NCBI GenBank assembly: GCA_022510665.1
Contig: JAFLSZ010000002.1
Location: forward strand, 5,676 to 69,675
Origin: Lachnospiraceae bacterium
GTDB taxonomy: Bacteria > Bacillota > Clostridia > Lachnospirales > Lachnospiraceae
Length of the DNA: 64,000 nucleotides
Direction: 5' to 3'
Under the pieces are notes generated by a model. It was not told the origin of the DNA and did not search any database. It saw only the letters and a program-made list of their open reading frames with translations. Each line of letters opens with the position of its first letter. Within the stretch, counting starts at the first letter, position 1. Position numbers and translations under genes: made by a program. Below, one piece after another: positions 27,310 through 36,637 of the stretch.

Positions 27310-29115
27310 ATGAAGAAAAGTCAAATTAAGAGGATACTTTCCTTTTGTGTAGTTACAATTTTGACTGCGATGTTCTTTTTGGGGGACAACAGGGTACAGG
27401 CAGATGCCGCATTACAGGCAAAAAAAGTACCGCAGGCAAAGTCCGGCTCACTTCATATCAGTGCGGATTATGACGCGGAAACGTTCACCCAATCGTTAGA
27501 GGTTACGCTTTCCGTGGAAAGTTCTTCCGAACTGACTACTTTAATGTACGCATACGCACGGGTGGCAAAAACAACCTATTTCACCAAATACACGGACTAT
27601 TGCTTTGAAATTGAACAGAATGCCGACGGAGCATATACTTTTTCTATTGAACAAAACGGCTACGTTTCCGTATTTGCCGTGAACGAAGCCGGTGAGGAAG
27701 TTCTTCTTGTATTTAATGTGGATAATGTGGATAAAGAGTCCCCGGTTGTTACGGTAACTTCCCAAAAAACAAAGGATTCTTATATGGTTACGATGCGGGC
27801 GGAAGATAATCTTTGCGACAACATAAGCCTTCAATATGTAGAAGGTGCTTACGCATCGCCTTCGGATTCGGTTTGGGCAAAGGCGGAGGTATTTACCAAC
27901 GAAAAGGAACTGCTTCTTTCAGAGGGTAAATATACCTTTATGGCAACCGACGAGGCAGGGAATACGCATATCATTATCCGGCGTTTCGGAGAAAACAAAG
28001 AAACACAAGAGTTCCGGGCTGTCTGGATTACTTATTTGGAGTTTAAGACCACCGGTTATACGAAAAAAGAGTTTCAGGCAGAAATCGAAACGATGTTTAA
28101 TGAAATCAGCGCCATGAATATGAATGCCGTTGTCGTTCATGTGCGGCCGTTCAGCGATGCGATGTATTCGTCGTCGTATTTCCCATGGTCGCGTTATATT
28201 TCGGGCACGCAGGGAAAGAACCCGGGCTTTGACCCGTTGGAAATCATGGTAGAAGAAGCGCATGCACGCGGACTTGAAATCCACGCATGGCTCAATCCTT
28301 ACCGTATAACGTCCAGTTCCACAGATGTAAACGATTTGAGCAAAGACAATCCGGCAAGAATTTATCGTACCGACAGCAATAAAAACAATGATCGCAATGT
28401 GTTGACTTATGACGGAAAATTATATTATAATCCGGCGTCAAAGGAAGTTCAGACGCTGATTATAAACGGTATCCGGGAAATTGTTGAAAATTACGATGTA
28501 GACGGCATTCACTTTGATGATTATTTCTATCCGACGCTTGGTAAAAATTTCACAAGCAATTTTGACGCACCGGAATATGAAACATACAAAAAGGAACAGA
28601 TTGCGAAAGGAAAATCGTATCTTTCCATCGCAGACTGGAGACGCGAAAACGTCAATTCTTTGGTACGCGGCGTATATGCAGCCGTAAAAGAAATTAACCC
28701 TGACGCTGTATTCGGCATCAGTCCGGGCGGTTTTATGGACGCGTTAAAGGCAGACGACAAATATTATGTGGATTTTGAGACATGGCTCGGTCATGACGGT
28801 TACATCGATTATTTGTGTCCGCAGCTTTATTGGAGCAATGACCATACCGTTTATCCTTATAACAATATTTTAAAGCGTTTCATTGACGCGGCGGTGAATC
28901 CGGATGTAAAATTGTATGTAGGCATCGCGGCTTATAAAGCCGGAATCAAAACCGAAGGAAACGCGTGGTATCAGGATGCCAATGTACTTCGTAATATGAT
29001 TCAATATGCAAGAAATACAAAACAGGTAGACGGCTTTATATTGTACAGTTACAGATACTTAATATCCAAGAGAAATTATACATCGATCAAGAATATGCTA
29101 AAGGAATTTCAATAA
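27310..29115 (+). CDS. Secreted glycosyl-hydrolase-like family 10 protein (GHL10/YngK-like) with an N-terminal Ig-like region
   Basis: Signal peptide, then 'FRAVWITYLEF...NAVVVHVRPFSDAMY...GLEIHAWLNPYR'. Confidence 0.75.
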   Translation: MKKSQIKRILSFCVVTILTAMFFLGDNRVQADAALQAKKVPQAKSGSLHISADYDAETFTQSLEVTLSVESSSELTTLMYAYARVAKTTYFTKYTDYCFEIEQNADGAYTFSIEQNGYVSVFAVNEAGEEVLLVFNVDNVDKESPVVTVTSQKTKDSYMVTMRAEDNLCDNISLQYVEGAYASPSDSVWAKAEVFTNEKELLLSEGKYTFMATDEAGNTHIIIRRFGENKETQEFRAVWITYLEFKTTGYTKKEFQAEIETMFNEISAMNMNAVVVHVRPFSDAMYSSSYFPWSRYISGTQGKNPGFDPLEIMVEEAHARGLEIHAWLNPYRITSSSTDVNDLSKDNPARIYRTDSNKNNDRNVLTYDGKLYYNPASKEVQTLIINGIREIVENYDVDGIHFDDYFYPTLGKNFTSNFDAPEYETYKKEQIAKGKSYLSIADWRRENVNSLVRGVYAAVKEINPDAVFGISPGGFMDALKADDKYYVDFETWLGHDGYIDYLCPQLYWSNDHTVYPYNNILKRFIDAAVNPDVKLYVGIAAYKAGIKTEGNAWYQDANVLRNMIQYARNTKQVDGFILYSYRYLISKRNYTSIKNMLKEFQ

Positions 29116-29133
29116 GTTACTGCAATCTACCCG

Positions 29134-29169
29134 CAAAATTGCGTTAAACTATGGTTTAGCGCAATTTTG
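29134..29169 (+). terminator. Hairpin downstream of the GHL10 gene (terminator-like, weak U-tract)
   Basis: CAAAATTGCG-T-TAAAC tatg GTTTA-G-CGCAATTTTG. Confidence 0.45.
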
Positions 29170-29214
29170 TATATACTGCCCTACAACCTATTTTTCCGAT
29201 ATATGAGGTGTCCT

Positions 29215-30270
29215 ATGGAACAACGTACTTATCACGAACAGACAAATATTCAAAACACAAAACGCCTTCGGGAACTTATTTCCGACCTGCCGCCTTATGT
29301 GGCGACGTTTTTCCGCGGCATTGAGCCGGTTACCGCGTCCCGTACAAGGATTGCGTATGCTTTTGATCTGCATGTGTTTTTTGAATATATTTCCGCAACA
29401 AATCCTTTGTATCAGGGAAAGGCTTTAAAAGAAATTGATTTTGACCTTTTATCAAAGCTTCAGCCGATGGATATTGAGGAATATCTGGAGTACCTGAAAC
29501 TGTATACCAATAAGGAAGGAAAAGAAATTACGAACAATGAACGCGGCATAAAACGAAAACTGGCGTCCTTGAGGACGTTTTACCGGTATTTTCATTCAAA
29601 CCGCCTGATTGACGAAAATCCCACCTTACAGGTGACAATGCCGAAAATCCACGAAAAAAACATTATTCGTTTTGAACCGAACGAGGCCGCAGACTTTTTA
29701 GATGTGGTTGAAAGCGGCGAACGCCTTACCAAACAACAGCAGGCACGCCATGAAGAAAGCAAAGTGCGCGATTTGGCGCTTACTACCCTATTGCTTGGCA
29801 CCGGAATCCGTGTCTCGGAGTGTGTCGGCATTGACATAAACGACATTGATTTTTCCAGCGACCGTGTCAATATTGTGCGCAAAGGCGGCTATGAGTCGTT
29901 TGTTTATTTCGGAGATGAAGTAAGGGAAGCTCTTCTTACTTATTACGAAGAACGAAAGAAAATGGTTCCGAAAGAGGGACATGAAAATGCCTTTTTTCTA
30001 TCTAACCGGATGCAGCGCATCAGCGTCCGCAATGTGGAAGTTTTGGTGAAAAAATACGCGAAAACCGTTACGACCGTAAAGAAAATTACTCCCCACAAAT
30101 TGCGAAGTACTTACGGTACAGAACTTTACAAAGAGACCGGTGACATATATTTAGTAGCCGATGTCCTCGGTCACAAGGATGTAAATACTACCCGTAAGCA
30201 CTACGCAGATATTGAGGAAGAAAGACGACGCAGTGCAAAAAATGCAGTAACACTGCGTGAAAAAAAGTAA
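29215..30270 (+). CDS. Tyrosine site-specific recombinase (XerC/XerD/phage-integrase family)
   Basis: Catalytic signature 'GTGIRVSEC' (R), 'HKLRSTY' (HxxR) and 'LGHKDVNTTRKHY' (H...Y). N-terminal SAM-like domain. Confidence 0.85.
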   Translation: MEQRTYHEQTNIQNTKRLRELISDLPPYVATFFRGIEPVTASRTRIAYAFDLHVFFEYISATNPLYQGKALKEIDFDLLSKLQPMDIEEYLEYLKLYTNKEGKEITNNERGIKRKLASLRTFYRYFHSNRLIDENPTLQVTMPKIHEKNIIRFEPNEAADFLDVVESGERLTKQQQARHEESKVRDLALTTLLLGTGIRVSECVGIDINDIDFSSDRVNIVRKGGYESFVYFGDEVREALLTYYEERKKMVPKEGHENAFFLSNRMQRISVRNVEVLVKKYAKTVTTVKKITPHKLRSTYGTELYKETGDIYLVADVLGHKDVNTTRKHYADIEEERRRSAKNAVTLREKK

Positions 30271-30297
30271 TTTGCGAAATCCTCTTCCGCATTGCTG

Positions 30298-30663
30298 CTA
30301 CATTTTATAATCGCTCACAATGCGTTCCAACTCCATTACATCGGAAGGTGACAGTAACTGATTTTTTAGGTACTCTACCAAAAAGTTGTTTAAAGAACCG
30401 TTATATACCTTGTCTAACAACGCCTTGGTTTCGATATTTTGTACTGTCCGCTTGGAAATCAGTGCCCGGCAGATAAATCCGGGATCTTCTCTGCGTACCG
30501 CTCCTTTCTCTATTAAGCGGTTTATCACAGTATATGTAGTGTTCTTTTCCCAGCCGATGTATTCTTTAATTATTTTTGAAATATCCTTGGCGGCTAACAC
30601 CTTATTGGACCAAAGAAGCTCCATGATGTTTAATTCGCCTTCATGTAATCGAATATCACCCAT
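30298..30663 (-). CDS. BlaI/MecI/CopY-family winged-helix repressor (orphan; no adjacent BlaR1-type sensor)
   Basis: 'ELNIMELLWSNKVLAAKDISKII...WEKNTTYTVINRLIEKGAV'. About 121 aa. Confidence 0.8.
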   Translation of the reverse strand: MGDIRLHEGELNIMELLWSNKVLAAKDISKIIKEYIGWEKNTTYTVINRLIEKGAVRREDPGFICRALISKRTVQNIETKALLDKVYNGSLNNFLVEYLKNQLLSPSDVMELERIVSDYKM

Positions 30664-30760
30664 GAGTTCAACCCCTCTACACCTTTTTCTACGTCTGTAT
30701 AACGCCGTATTCGTTCTTACAGACCTCCTGTAATTTAAAGCAGGGTGATGGTGTAATATA

Positions 30761-30789
30761 ATTCTACCATATTAGAATTGAAAATGCAA
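30761..30789 (-). promoter_or_regulatory. Promoter candidate of the BlaI-family gene
   Basis: On the minus strand: TTGCAT (30789-30784), 17 nt, TAGAAT (30766-30761). It overlaps the palindrome AATTCTA-N6-TAGAATT (30760-30779). Confidence 0.5.
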
Positions 30790-30817
30790 GCATTAATTTC
30801 ATTTTTTGACAAAAAAA

Positions 30818-32044
30818 TTATTCGAGACAGAAAACTGCATAATAAGGAATCTGCCTTGACACAGATGTAGAATAAAAATTTTCAAAGCCGAAACAGTAAT
30901 ACAGAGTTTCTTCCCGACAGTTCTTTGCGGCGCGGTACGATGCAATGCTCTTGCCTCTCCCACCCTTGGAAAGTCTAAGTTCTACCGGAGTCTCATACCC
31001 GTCTTTTTCAAGGATAAAATCCACCTTTGCCTGTGCTTTTGATTCCCAGAAACTTAGTCGATAATTTTCACCTGCGAGTAATGTCTGCATCACATAATTT
31101 TCTAACAGCGCTTTGCGGATTTCATCCGTCTCTTCACCTGCAAACGCGGAAGAAAGCATTCCGACATCCGGCAGATACAGCTTAAAATGTGTATCTTTTT
31201 CCTGCTTATTCAGCCTCAGAATCATGCCGCTCCGCTCTAAGGCAAGAAGACTGTCCCGGTAAAGCGCATAGGTAACACCCTTTCGAATCAAATTAAAGCG
31301 GAATTTCTTATTTTCGCGCTTTAACTGTTCCGGAAGCACCTCCATAATCTGTACTGCCTTTCCGGTCTCTTTTTCGTCGTATACCGCGTCCATGACCGCA
31401 CGCATCCGGTTTTTTATCATGCAGTGGACTTCCCCGACATTATAGACGGATTTGGAGGAAATGTACTCGTTGACAGCCGCGGGCATTCCGCCGACGACCA
31501 GATATTCTTCAAAAAGCGCCAAAAGCTCCTGATGGACGATATCCGGAACCGGTTTTGATGCCAGAAAATGCCCTTGGATAATATCGACATACCAATCGTT
31601 TCCGACAGCACAAAGAAACTCGTCAAAACGTAACGGAAAAAGCCGGCATACATGAAAATGTTCGAGCATTTTGGGAGGCGGCAAAAGACCGGAAATTGCG
31701 ATAATCGGAAAGGAGCCGCAATGCGCTAAGGATTTAAAGAGAGGCGGACAAAAAGAAACTTCATCTAAAATTACGATGAGTTCGGAAAGAATGGTTTCGT
31801 CCAGCCCGAAATATTGCGCTATCGTTTCCGAAACGGAAAGGCCGGAAAGAATTTTATCACAAAAGAATTGCTCCGCCACGGCGTTCAATTCAAAATTCAC
31901 ATATAGGTATTGCGGATAATAGGCAAGCGCGAACTCAATCGCAAGATAAGTTTTTCCTACCCCCTTCGTACCCGCGAGCAGAAACGGCACCGGACACTTT
32001 TGCTCCTTCCACTCAATCAATTCATTTACCGCGTTTCGTTTCAT
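30818..32044 (-). CDS. AAA+ ATPase with C-terminal DUF4143-like domain (COG1373-type)
   Basis: Walker A 'GTKGVGKTYLA' and Walker B 'LIVILDEV'. The C-terminus 'KVDFILEKDGYETPVELRLSKG' resembles the nuclease-like DUF4143 region. Confidence 0.7.
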   Translation of the reverse strand: MKRNAVNELIEWKEQKCPVPFLLAGTKGVGKTYLAIEFALAYYPQYLYVNFELNAVAEQFFCDKILSGLSVSETIAQYFGLDETILSELIVILDEVSFCPPLFKSLAHCGSFPIIAISGLLPPPKMLEHFHVCRLFPLRFDEFLCAVGNDWYVDIIQGHFLASKPVPDIVHQELLALFEEYLVVGGMPAAVNEYISSKSVYNVGEVHCMIKNRMRAVMDAVYDEKETGKAVQIMEVLPEQLKRENKKFRFNLIRKGVTYALYRDSLLALERSGMILRLNKQEKDTHFKLYLPDVGMLSSAFAGEETDEIRKALLENYVMQTLLAGENYRLSFWESKAQAKVDFILEKDGYETPVELRLSKGGRGKSIASYRAAKNCREETLYYCFGFENFYSTSVSRQIPYYAVFCLE

Positions 32045-32087
32045 ACTACCAATCCCTTTTCCTTTTTTCGGATTTTACCGTCCTGTC

Positions 32088-33011
32088 TTACGTGCAATTT
32101 CTGAGCTTTTGGATCAAATCGCGGAAATAGTCCGGCAGCTCGGAAGAAAACTCCATATACTCTCCATTTGTAGGATGAACAAATCCAAGCACTCCGGCGT
32201 GCAGCGTCTGACCGGTTAAGTGGAACGGATCTTTTTTCGGACCGTACATGGTATCGCCGAGTAACGGATGTCCGAGGCTTGACATATGTACGCGAATCTG
32301 GTGTGTTCTTCCGGTTTCCAGTCGGCATGCGATATGAGAATACTTCGTTCCGAACTGCTCCAATACCTGATAATTTGTCGCGGCAAGTTTTCCCCTTGTA
32401 GGGTTGACCGCCATTTTCATCCGTTCTTCGGGGTGCCTGCTGATCAGGGTCTCGATTCTCCCCTCCGGTTCCTGAAACGTGCCGTAAACAAGCGCGTTAT
32501 ACTGTCGGGTAATCGAATGTTCCTTAAACTGTTCGGCAAGGTTTCTGTGTGCCGTGTCATTTTTACAGGCAACAATAATTCCGGTCGTATTCTTGTCAAT
32601 CCGGTGTACAATTCCCGGCCTCAAAATCCCGTTAATTCCGGAAAGGGAACCGTTACAATGATAAAGCAGCCCATTTACAAGCGTTCCTGTATAATGGCCT
32701 GCCGCCGGGTGGATTACCAGTCCCTTCGGTTTATCAACTACAATAATATCATCGTCTTCGTAAACAATCTGAAGCGGAATATCTTCCGCGTCTACCGCAA
32801 GTCCTTCCGGCGGCGGAATCAGAACACTAATCTCATCTCCCGCTTTCACAAAATCCTTGCAGCGTCCGGTATTGTTATTCAGCAATGCTCCGCCGCTTTC
32901 AATAATCTTTTGTACATAAGAGCGCGATACCTTGGGATAATTTACAGCGATACATTTATCGAGACGAAGCCCGGTATCCTGCTCCCGCGCTATGAATTTG
33001 ATTTCTTCCAT
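32088..33011 (-). CDS. rluD: RluA-family 23S rRNA pseudouridine synthase (RluD-like)
   Basis: S4 N-domain and catalytic 'HRIDKNTTG'. Confidence 0.9.
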   Translation of the reverse strand: MEEIKFIAREQDTGLRLDKCIAVNYPKVSRSYVQKIIESGGALLNNNTGRCKDFVKAGDEISVLIPPPEGLAVDAEDIPLQIVYEDDDIIVVDKPKGLVIHPAAGHYTGTLVNGLLYHCNGSLSGINGILRPGIVHRIDKNTTGIIVACKNDTAHRNLAEQFKEHSITRQYNALVYGTFQEPEGRIETLISRHPEERMKMAVNPTRGKLAATNYQVLEQFGTKYSHIACRLETGRTHQIRVHMSSLGHPLLGDTMYGPKKDPFHLTGQTLHAGVLGFVHPTNGEYMEFSSELPDYFRDLIQKLRNCT

Positions 33012-33499
33012 TTGTTAAAATCCTCGTCTTTGTAATAAAAAATCAGCAGATAACAAGCCAAAATACAGCCGCAGACGATACAGGAATCCGCTACGTTAAA
33101 TACCGGAAACTGAATTAAATCAAACGAAAACATATCCGTTACTCTGCCGAACATAATACGGTCGATAATATTTCCTACTGCCCCGGCTGTAATAAGGGCA
33201 ATACAAAAGCGCAGCAGGCGCATACGAGCCGACTTAGGCAGCCAAAGGTAGGCAAATATCACGATAACAAGCACAATGACGGAAAAGAGCGTTAAAAGTA
33301 CAGTATGTCCGCCCATTACGCCCCAAGGTCCGCCCGTATTGTACACAAGCCTTAAAGAAAATACGTCCTTCCACAAAATCAACGGCGCGTTTTTCAGGGC
33401 GGTTCTCGCCCATAACTTCACCAGCTGGTCGGCGGCAATCAATACCGCCAGTAAAACAATATGAAACAAACTGCTTCGTAAAAATTTCCTGCGTTCCAT
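32990..33499 (-). CDS. lspA: Lipoprotein signal peptidase II
   Basis: 'NTGGPWG' and 'FNVADS'. Four TM segments. Overlaps the rluD start by 22 nt. Confidence 0.9.
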   Translation of the reverse strand: MERRKFLRSSLFHIVLLAVLIAADQLVKLWARTALKNAPLILWKDVFSLRLVYNTGGPWGVMGGHTVLLTLFSVIVLVIVIFAYLWLPKSARMRLLRFCIALITAGAVGNIIDRIMFGRVTDMFSFDLIQFPVFNVADSCIVCGCILACYLLIFYYKDEDFNKWKKSNS

Positions 33500-33521
33500 T
33501 ATAAATTAAACTCCGTTATTT

Positions 33522-34607
33522 TTATATAATTGCCTGAAATGCCGTCCAGATTTCTTCGTCGGATACCTCGGAATCAATAAATGCGTTTCCGATAGAATCC
33601 AAGAGAATAAACTTAATCTTGGAGCCGTCCGACTTTTTATCCCGATGACATACCGAAAGAAGATCTTCTCTTCCTAACGCCGGAACTTTTGTACGCATTC
33701 CGTAAGAGGACAGCATTTCCCGTATTCGAGAGGCATCTTCTTTGGAAAGCGTCCCGCGTAATACGGAGAGCTCTGCCGCGGCAATCATGCCTACGGAAAC
33801 ACACTCTCCGTGCAGCATGGAAAAGTTACTCAGCTTTTCGACCGCATGTCCGATTGTGTGTCCGAAATTCAACAAGGCGCGTTCCCCGCGTTCTTTAGGG
33901 TCACGTTCCACCACCGCCTTTTTAATACAAAGGCTCCGGTAAACCATAGAGCGAAGCGTTTCCGTATCTTTTCCCAGGATTCTTTCTCTTTGCTCCTTTA
34001 AAAACGTGTAATAGCCGAAATCACGGATAAAACCATGCTTTACGACTTCTCCCATACCTGCGAGAAATTCGCGCTCAGAAAGGGTTTTTAGAGCGTTTAC
34101 GTTGATATATACGGCGGACGGCTGATAAAACGCGCCAACCATATTCTTATATGCCTTAAAATCGACCCCGGTCTTTCCGCCGATAGAGGAATCTACCATA
34201 GAAAGGAGGGAAGTCGGGATTCCGACAAAACGGATGCCGCGCAAATAAGTGGCAGCCGCAAAACCGGTCAAATCGCCGGTAACACCGCCGCCAAGCGCCA
34301 ACAGGACATCATTCCGGTCAAAAGAATTTGCAATCAGAAAATCGTAAAGCCCCTCTACCGTAGACAGATTCTTTGACGCCTCTCCCGCCGGAAAAGTAAA
34401 CAAAACGCTAAAAAAGCCCGCTTCTTTTAACATTTCGCATATGGTTTTTCCATAAAGTTCTCCTACTACGGAATCGCTGACAACGCATAGTTTTCTGTTT
34501 GAAACGTCTAACGAATGCAGAAGCGGTACAAGTCCTTCAAAACTTTCTTCCAGTAAAATCCGATAAATCGGCGTGTTATCCGTATCGTGTACAATAAGTT
34601 CGTTCAT
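33522..34607 (-). CDS. aroB: 3-dehydroquinate synthase
   Basis: 'GGGVTGDLTGFAAATYLRGI' and 'GHTIGHAVE'. Confidence 0.92.
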   Translation of the reverse strand: MNELIVHDTDNTPIYRILLEESFEGLVPLLHSLDVSNRKLCVVSDSVVGELYGKTICEMLKEAGFFSVLFTFPAGEASKNLSTVEGLYDFLIANSFDRNDVLLALGGGVTGDLTGFAAATYLRGIRFVGIPTSLLSMVDSSIGGKTGVDFKAYKNMVGAFYQPSAVYINVNALKTLSEREFLAGMGEVVKHGFIRDFGYYTFLKEQRERILGKDTETLRSMVYRSLCIKKAVVERDPKERGERALLNFGHTIGHAVEKLSNFSMLHGECVSVGMIAAAELSVLRGTLSKEDASRIREMLSSYGMRTKVPALGREDLLSVCHRDKKSDGSKIKFILLDSIGNAFIDSEVSDEEIWTAFQAII

Positions 34608-34622
34608 TCCAAATCCTCTGAA

Positions 34623-35222
34623 TTATTCATCTAAATTTATAATTTCAATTTCTTCATCTTCTAAAGAATCAAGCGGGTTTTCCGCCGGTTTTTCCTCCTC
34701 CATACCGGCATACGCACCGGCCGGCGTTTCCACGGAGTCCGGCATAGGTGCGAACATGGAAAGCTTGTCAAGGTCAACGGAAAAGCTCTCGCTGTCCAAA
34801 AGCTCTGTCTGTGCTGCCGCGAGACTTTTAAACTTTGCTTTATACATATCATACTGGCGAACCAGTTCAACCGTCTGCCTGCGGATATGTTCCAGTTCTC
34901 TTTTGGCATCTTCCAGGATAATACTTGCTTTTGTTGCGGCTTCCTTCTCGATAAGACGGGCGTTTTCCTTGGCATTTACCTCGGTTGCGTCTGCCGTGCG
35001 CTGCGCGAGCACCAATGCCTTCTGCAGCGTCTTTTCAATTGATTTGTAGTATTGAAGCCCCTCGTTTAATACATTGATGCGGTCGTTCATTTCCATCTTT
35101 TCGCGGTACAGTTCCTCATAGTTTTCAAGAATCTGCTGCATGAAGCTGTCCACATCTTTTTTATCATAGCCTAATCCGCCTGACTTAAATACTTTATTCT
35201 GGATTTCAATCGGTGTAATCAT
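34623..35222 (-). CDS. divIVA: DivIVA-domain cell-division protein
   Basis: 'MITPIEIQNKVFKSGGLGYDKKDVDSFM' followed by coiled coil. Confidence 0.9.
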   Translation of the reverse strand: MITPIEIQNKVFKSGGLGYDKKDVDSFMQQILENYEELYREKMEMNDRINVLNEGLQYYKSIEKTLQKALVLAQRTADATEVNAKENARLIEKEAATKASIILEDAKRELEHIRRQTVELVRQYDMYKAKFKSLAAAQTELLDSESFSVDLDKLSMFAPMPDSVETPAGAYAGMEEEKPAENPLDSLEDEEIEIINLDE

Positions 35223-35236
35223 AATTATTCCTTTCT

Positions 35237-35980
35237 CTATTGGTAACGCTCTAACGTAATCGAAATACGTCCTTTCTTCGTCAGTCCGCCGATTTCTTTT
35301 AAACGTACTTTGCCGTAACCGCGGAACGAAATAATATCGCCCTCTTTCGCCGTTACGGAAGGAGAGGTTGTCTCACGTCCGTTAATAAATACTTTTCCGC
35401 CTGTCACCGCAGAAACGACGCTGCTTCTTGAAATGCCGAACGCGGCCGCGGCAACCGCATCAATGCGATTTGCGGCAACCGTTCTTGTTACAGTCTGAAA
35501 TTCCCGTTTAAACTCATCTGTATCCGCTAAATCAATCCGGCAGGAAACAGCGGTATGACGAACCTGCACCAGATGTTCCGATAAAAAAGGAGCGATTCGT
35601 TCTGCGCAGAGCAGATAAGCTTCTTTTTCCTTTAAATAAATATCTCCGATTACGGAACGATCCAACCCGAGTCCCAGTACGCTTCCCAACACATCCCGGT
35701 GGGTAATGTTTTCGGCAAACTTGACATTCTTTGGTGTAATCCGCATTCCGCAAATCGGAAAAAGTTCCAGAGTAATCTCCGTTGTATCGGGCGCAACACA
35801 GAGCATCTGACGCTCCGAATCGGCAAGCCCTCCGTAAAACAGGAAGTTTGCGCCGCTTAAGACGGACTTGGCTGTCTGTATCTCACTTAGCGTCAAAAAA
35901 TCCGTAAATTCGGCCTTGTACGCAAACTCAGCCCGTTTTTTCAGCTCAGCAATCCTCTTTTTTAACAGAAGTTCCTCCAT
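35237..35980 (-). CDS. ylmH: YlmH-like S4-domain RNA-binding protein
   Basis: Located between sepF and divIVA. C-terminal S4 'RIDAVAAAAFGISRSSVVSAVTGGKVFINGR'. Confidence 0.85.
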   Translation of the reverse strand: MEELLLKKRIAELKKRAEFAYKAEFTDFLTLSEIQTAKSVLSGANFLFYGGLADSERQMLCVAPDTTEITLELFPICGMRITPKNVKFAENITHRDVLGSVLGLGLDRSVIGDIYLKEKEAYLLCAERIAPFLSEHLVQVRHTAVSCRIDLADTDEFKREFQTVTRTVAANRIDAVAAAAFGISRSSVVSAVTGGKVFINGRETTSPSVTAKEGDIISFRGYGKVRLKEIGGLTKKGRISITLERYQ

Positions 35981-35990
35981 AGGCTTGCGC

Positions 35991-36623
35991 TCACTGGTTT
36001 AAAGTCGGCACTTCAAAACCGTTTTGTTCTACGTAAGAGAGATAATCTCCCGAAATATCAACATTCTCCGGGGAGATAATAAAAATCAGGTTGGAAATCT
36101 GATGAATCTTCCCGTTTAAAGAATATACCGCACCCGAAATGAAGTCCATAATACGCTGCGCAAGCACCAAATCGATTCCTTCTAAATTGACAACCGTGGC
36201 ACGCTCGTTTACCAGCATATCACAAATATCCTGCGAATCGTCAAATCGGGTCGGTTTCATAATGCTGACCTCTAAAATCTTGGAAGCGGAAGCAGAACGA
36301 AGCGGAACCACGCGGCTGCCGGACGTTGAAACGCGTTCCGGGCGCTGTGGGCGTTCTTTTCTGCTCTCAGAATAATCGTAATCAAACTTTTCTTCTTCGG
36401 AAATTTTCTGTGGTTTTACCGCTTTGGCAGGCAGGGACGCAGAACGTGAAGATTCCTTCCGGAATGACTGCGGTTCTTCTATTACCGCAGTCTGATTCAG
36501 ACGTTCCGATTTCTTTCTTTCCTTGCGGAAAGACGAATCCGAGTCAAAATCGTCAAAGTCATCAAAGTCATCCTCGTCCGTCACATTCATTTTATTCAGA
36601 ATACGTTCTAAAAAGTTACCCAT
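35991..36623 (-). CDS. sepF: Cell division protein SepF
   Basis: C-terminal 'VVNLEGIDLVLAQRIMDFISGAVYSLNGKIHQIS'. Confidence 0.9.
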   Translation of the reverse strand: MGNFLERILNKMNVTDEDDFDDFDDFDSDSSFRKERKKSERLNQTAVIEEPQSFRKESSRSASLPAKAVKPQKISEEEKFDYDYSESRKERPQRPERVSTSGSRVVPLRSASASKILEVSIMKPTRFDDSQDICDMLVNERATVVNLEGIDLVLAQRIMDFISGAVYSLNGKIHQISNLIFIISPENVDISGDYLSYVEQNGFEVPTLNQ

Positions 36624-36637
36624 ACAACTATCTCCTT

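Noticed and set aside
32286-33035. 249-aa ORF antisense to rluD. Similar long antisense ORFs occur at 19275..19877, 34573..35049, 38695..39258, 52510..53049 and 20492..21106.
   Set aside because: Each lies entirely opposite a gene with clear family motifs, has no RBS, and has a low-complexity or Ser/Arg-rich composition typical of shadow ORFs.
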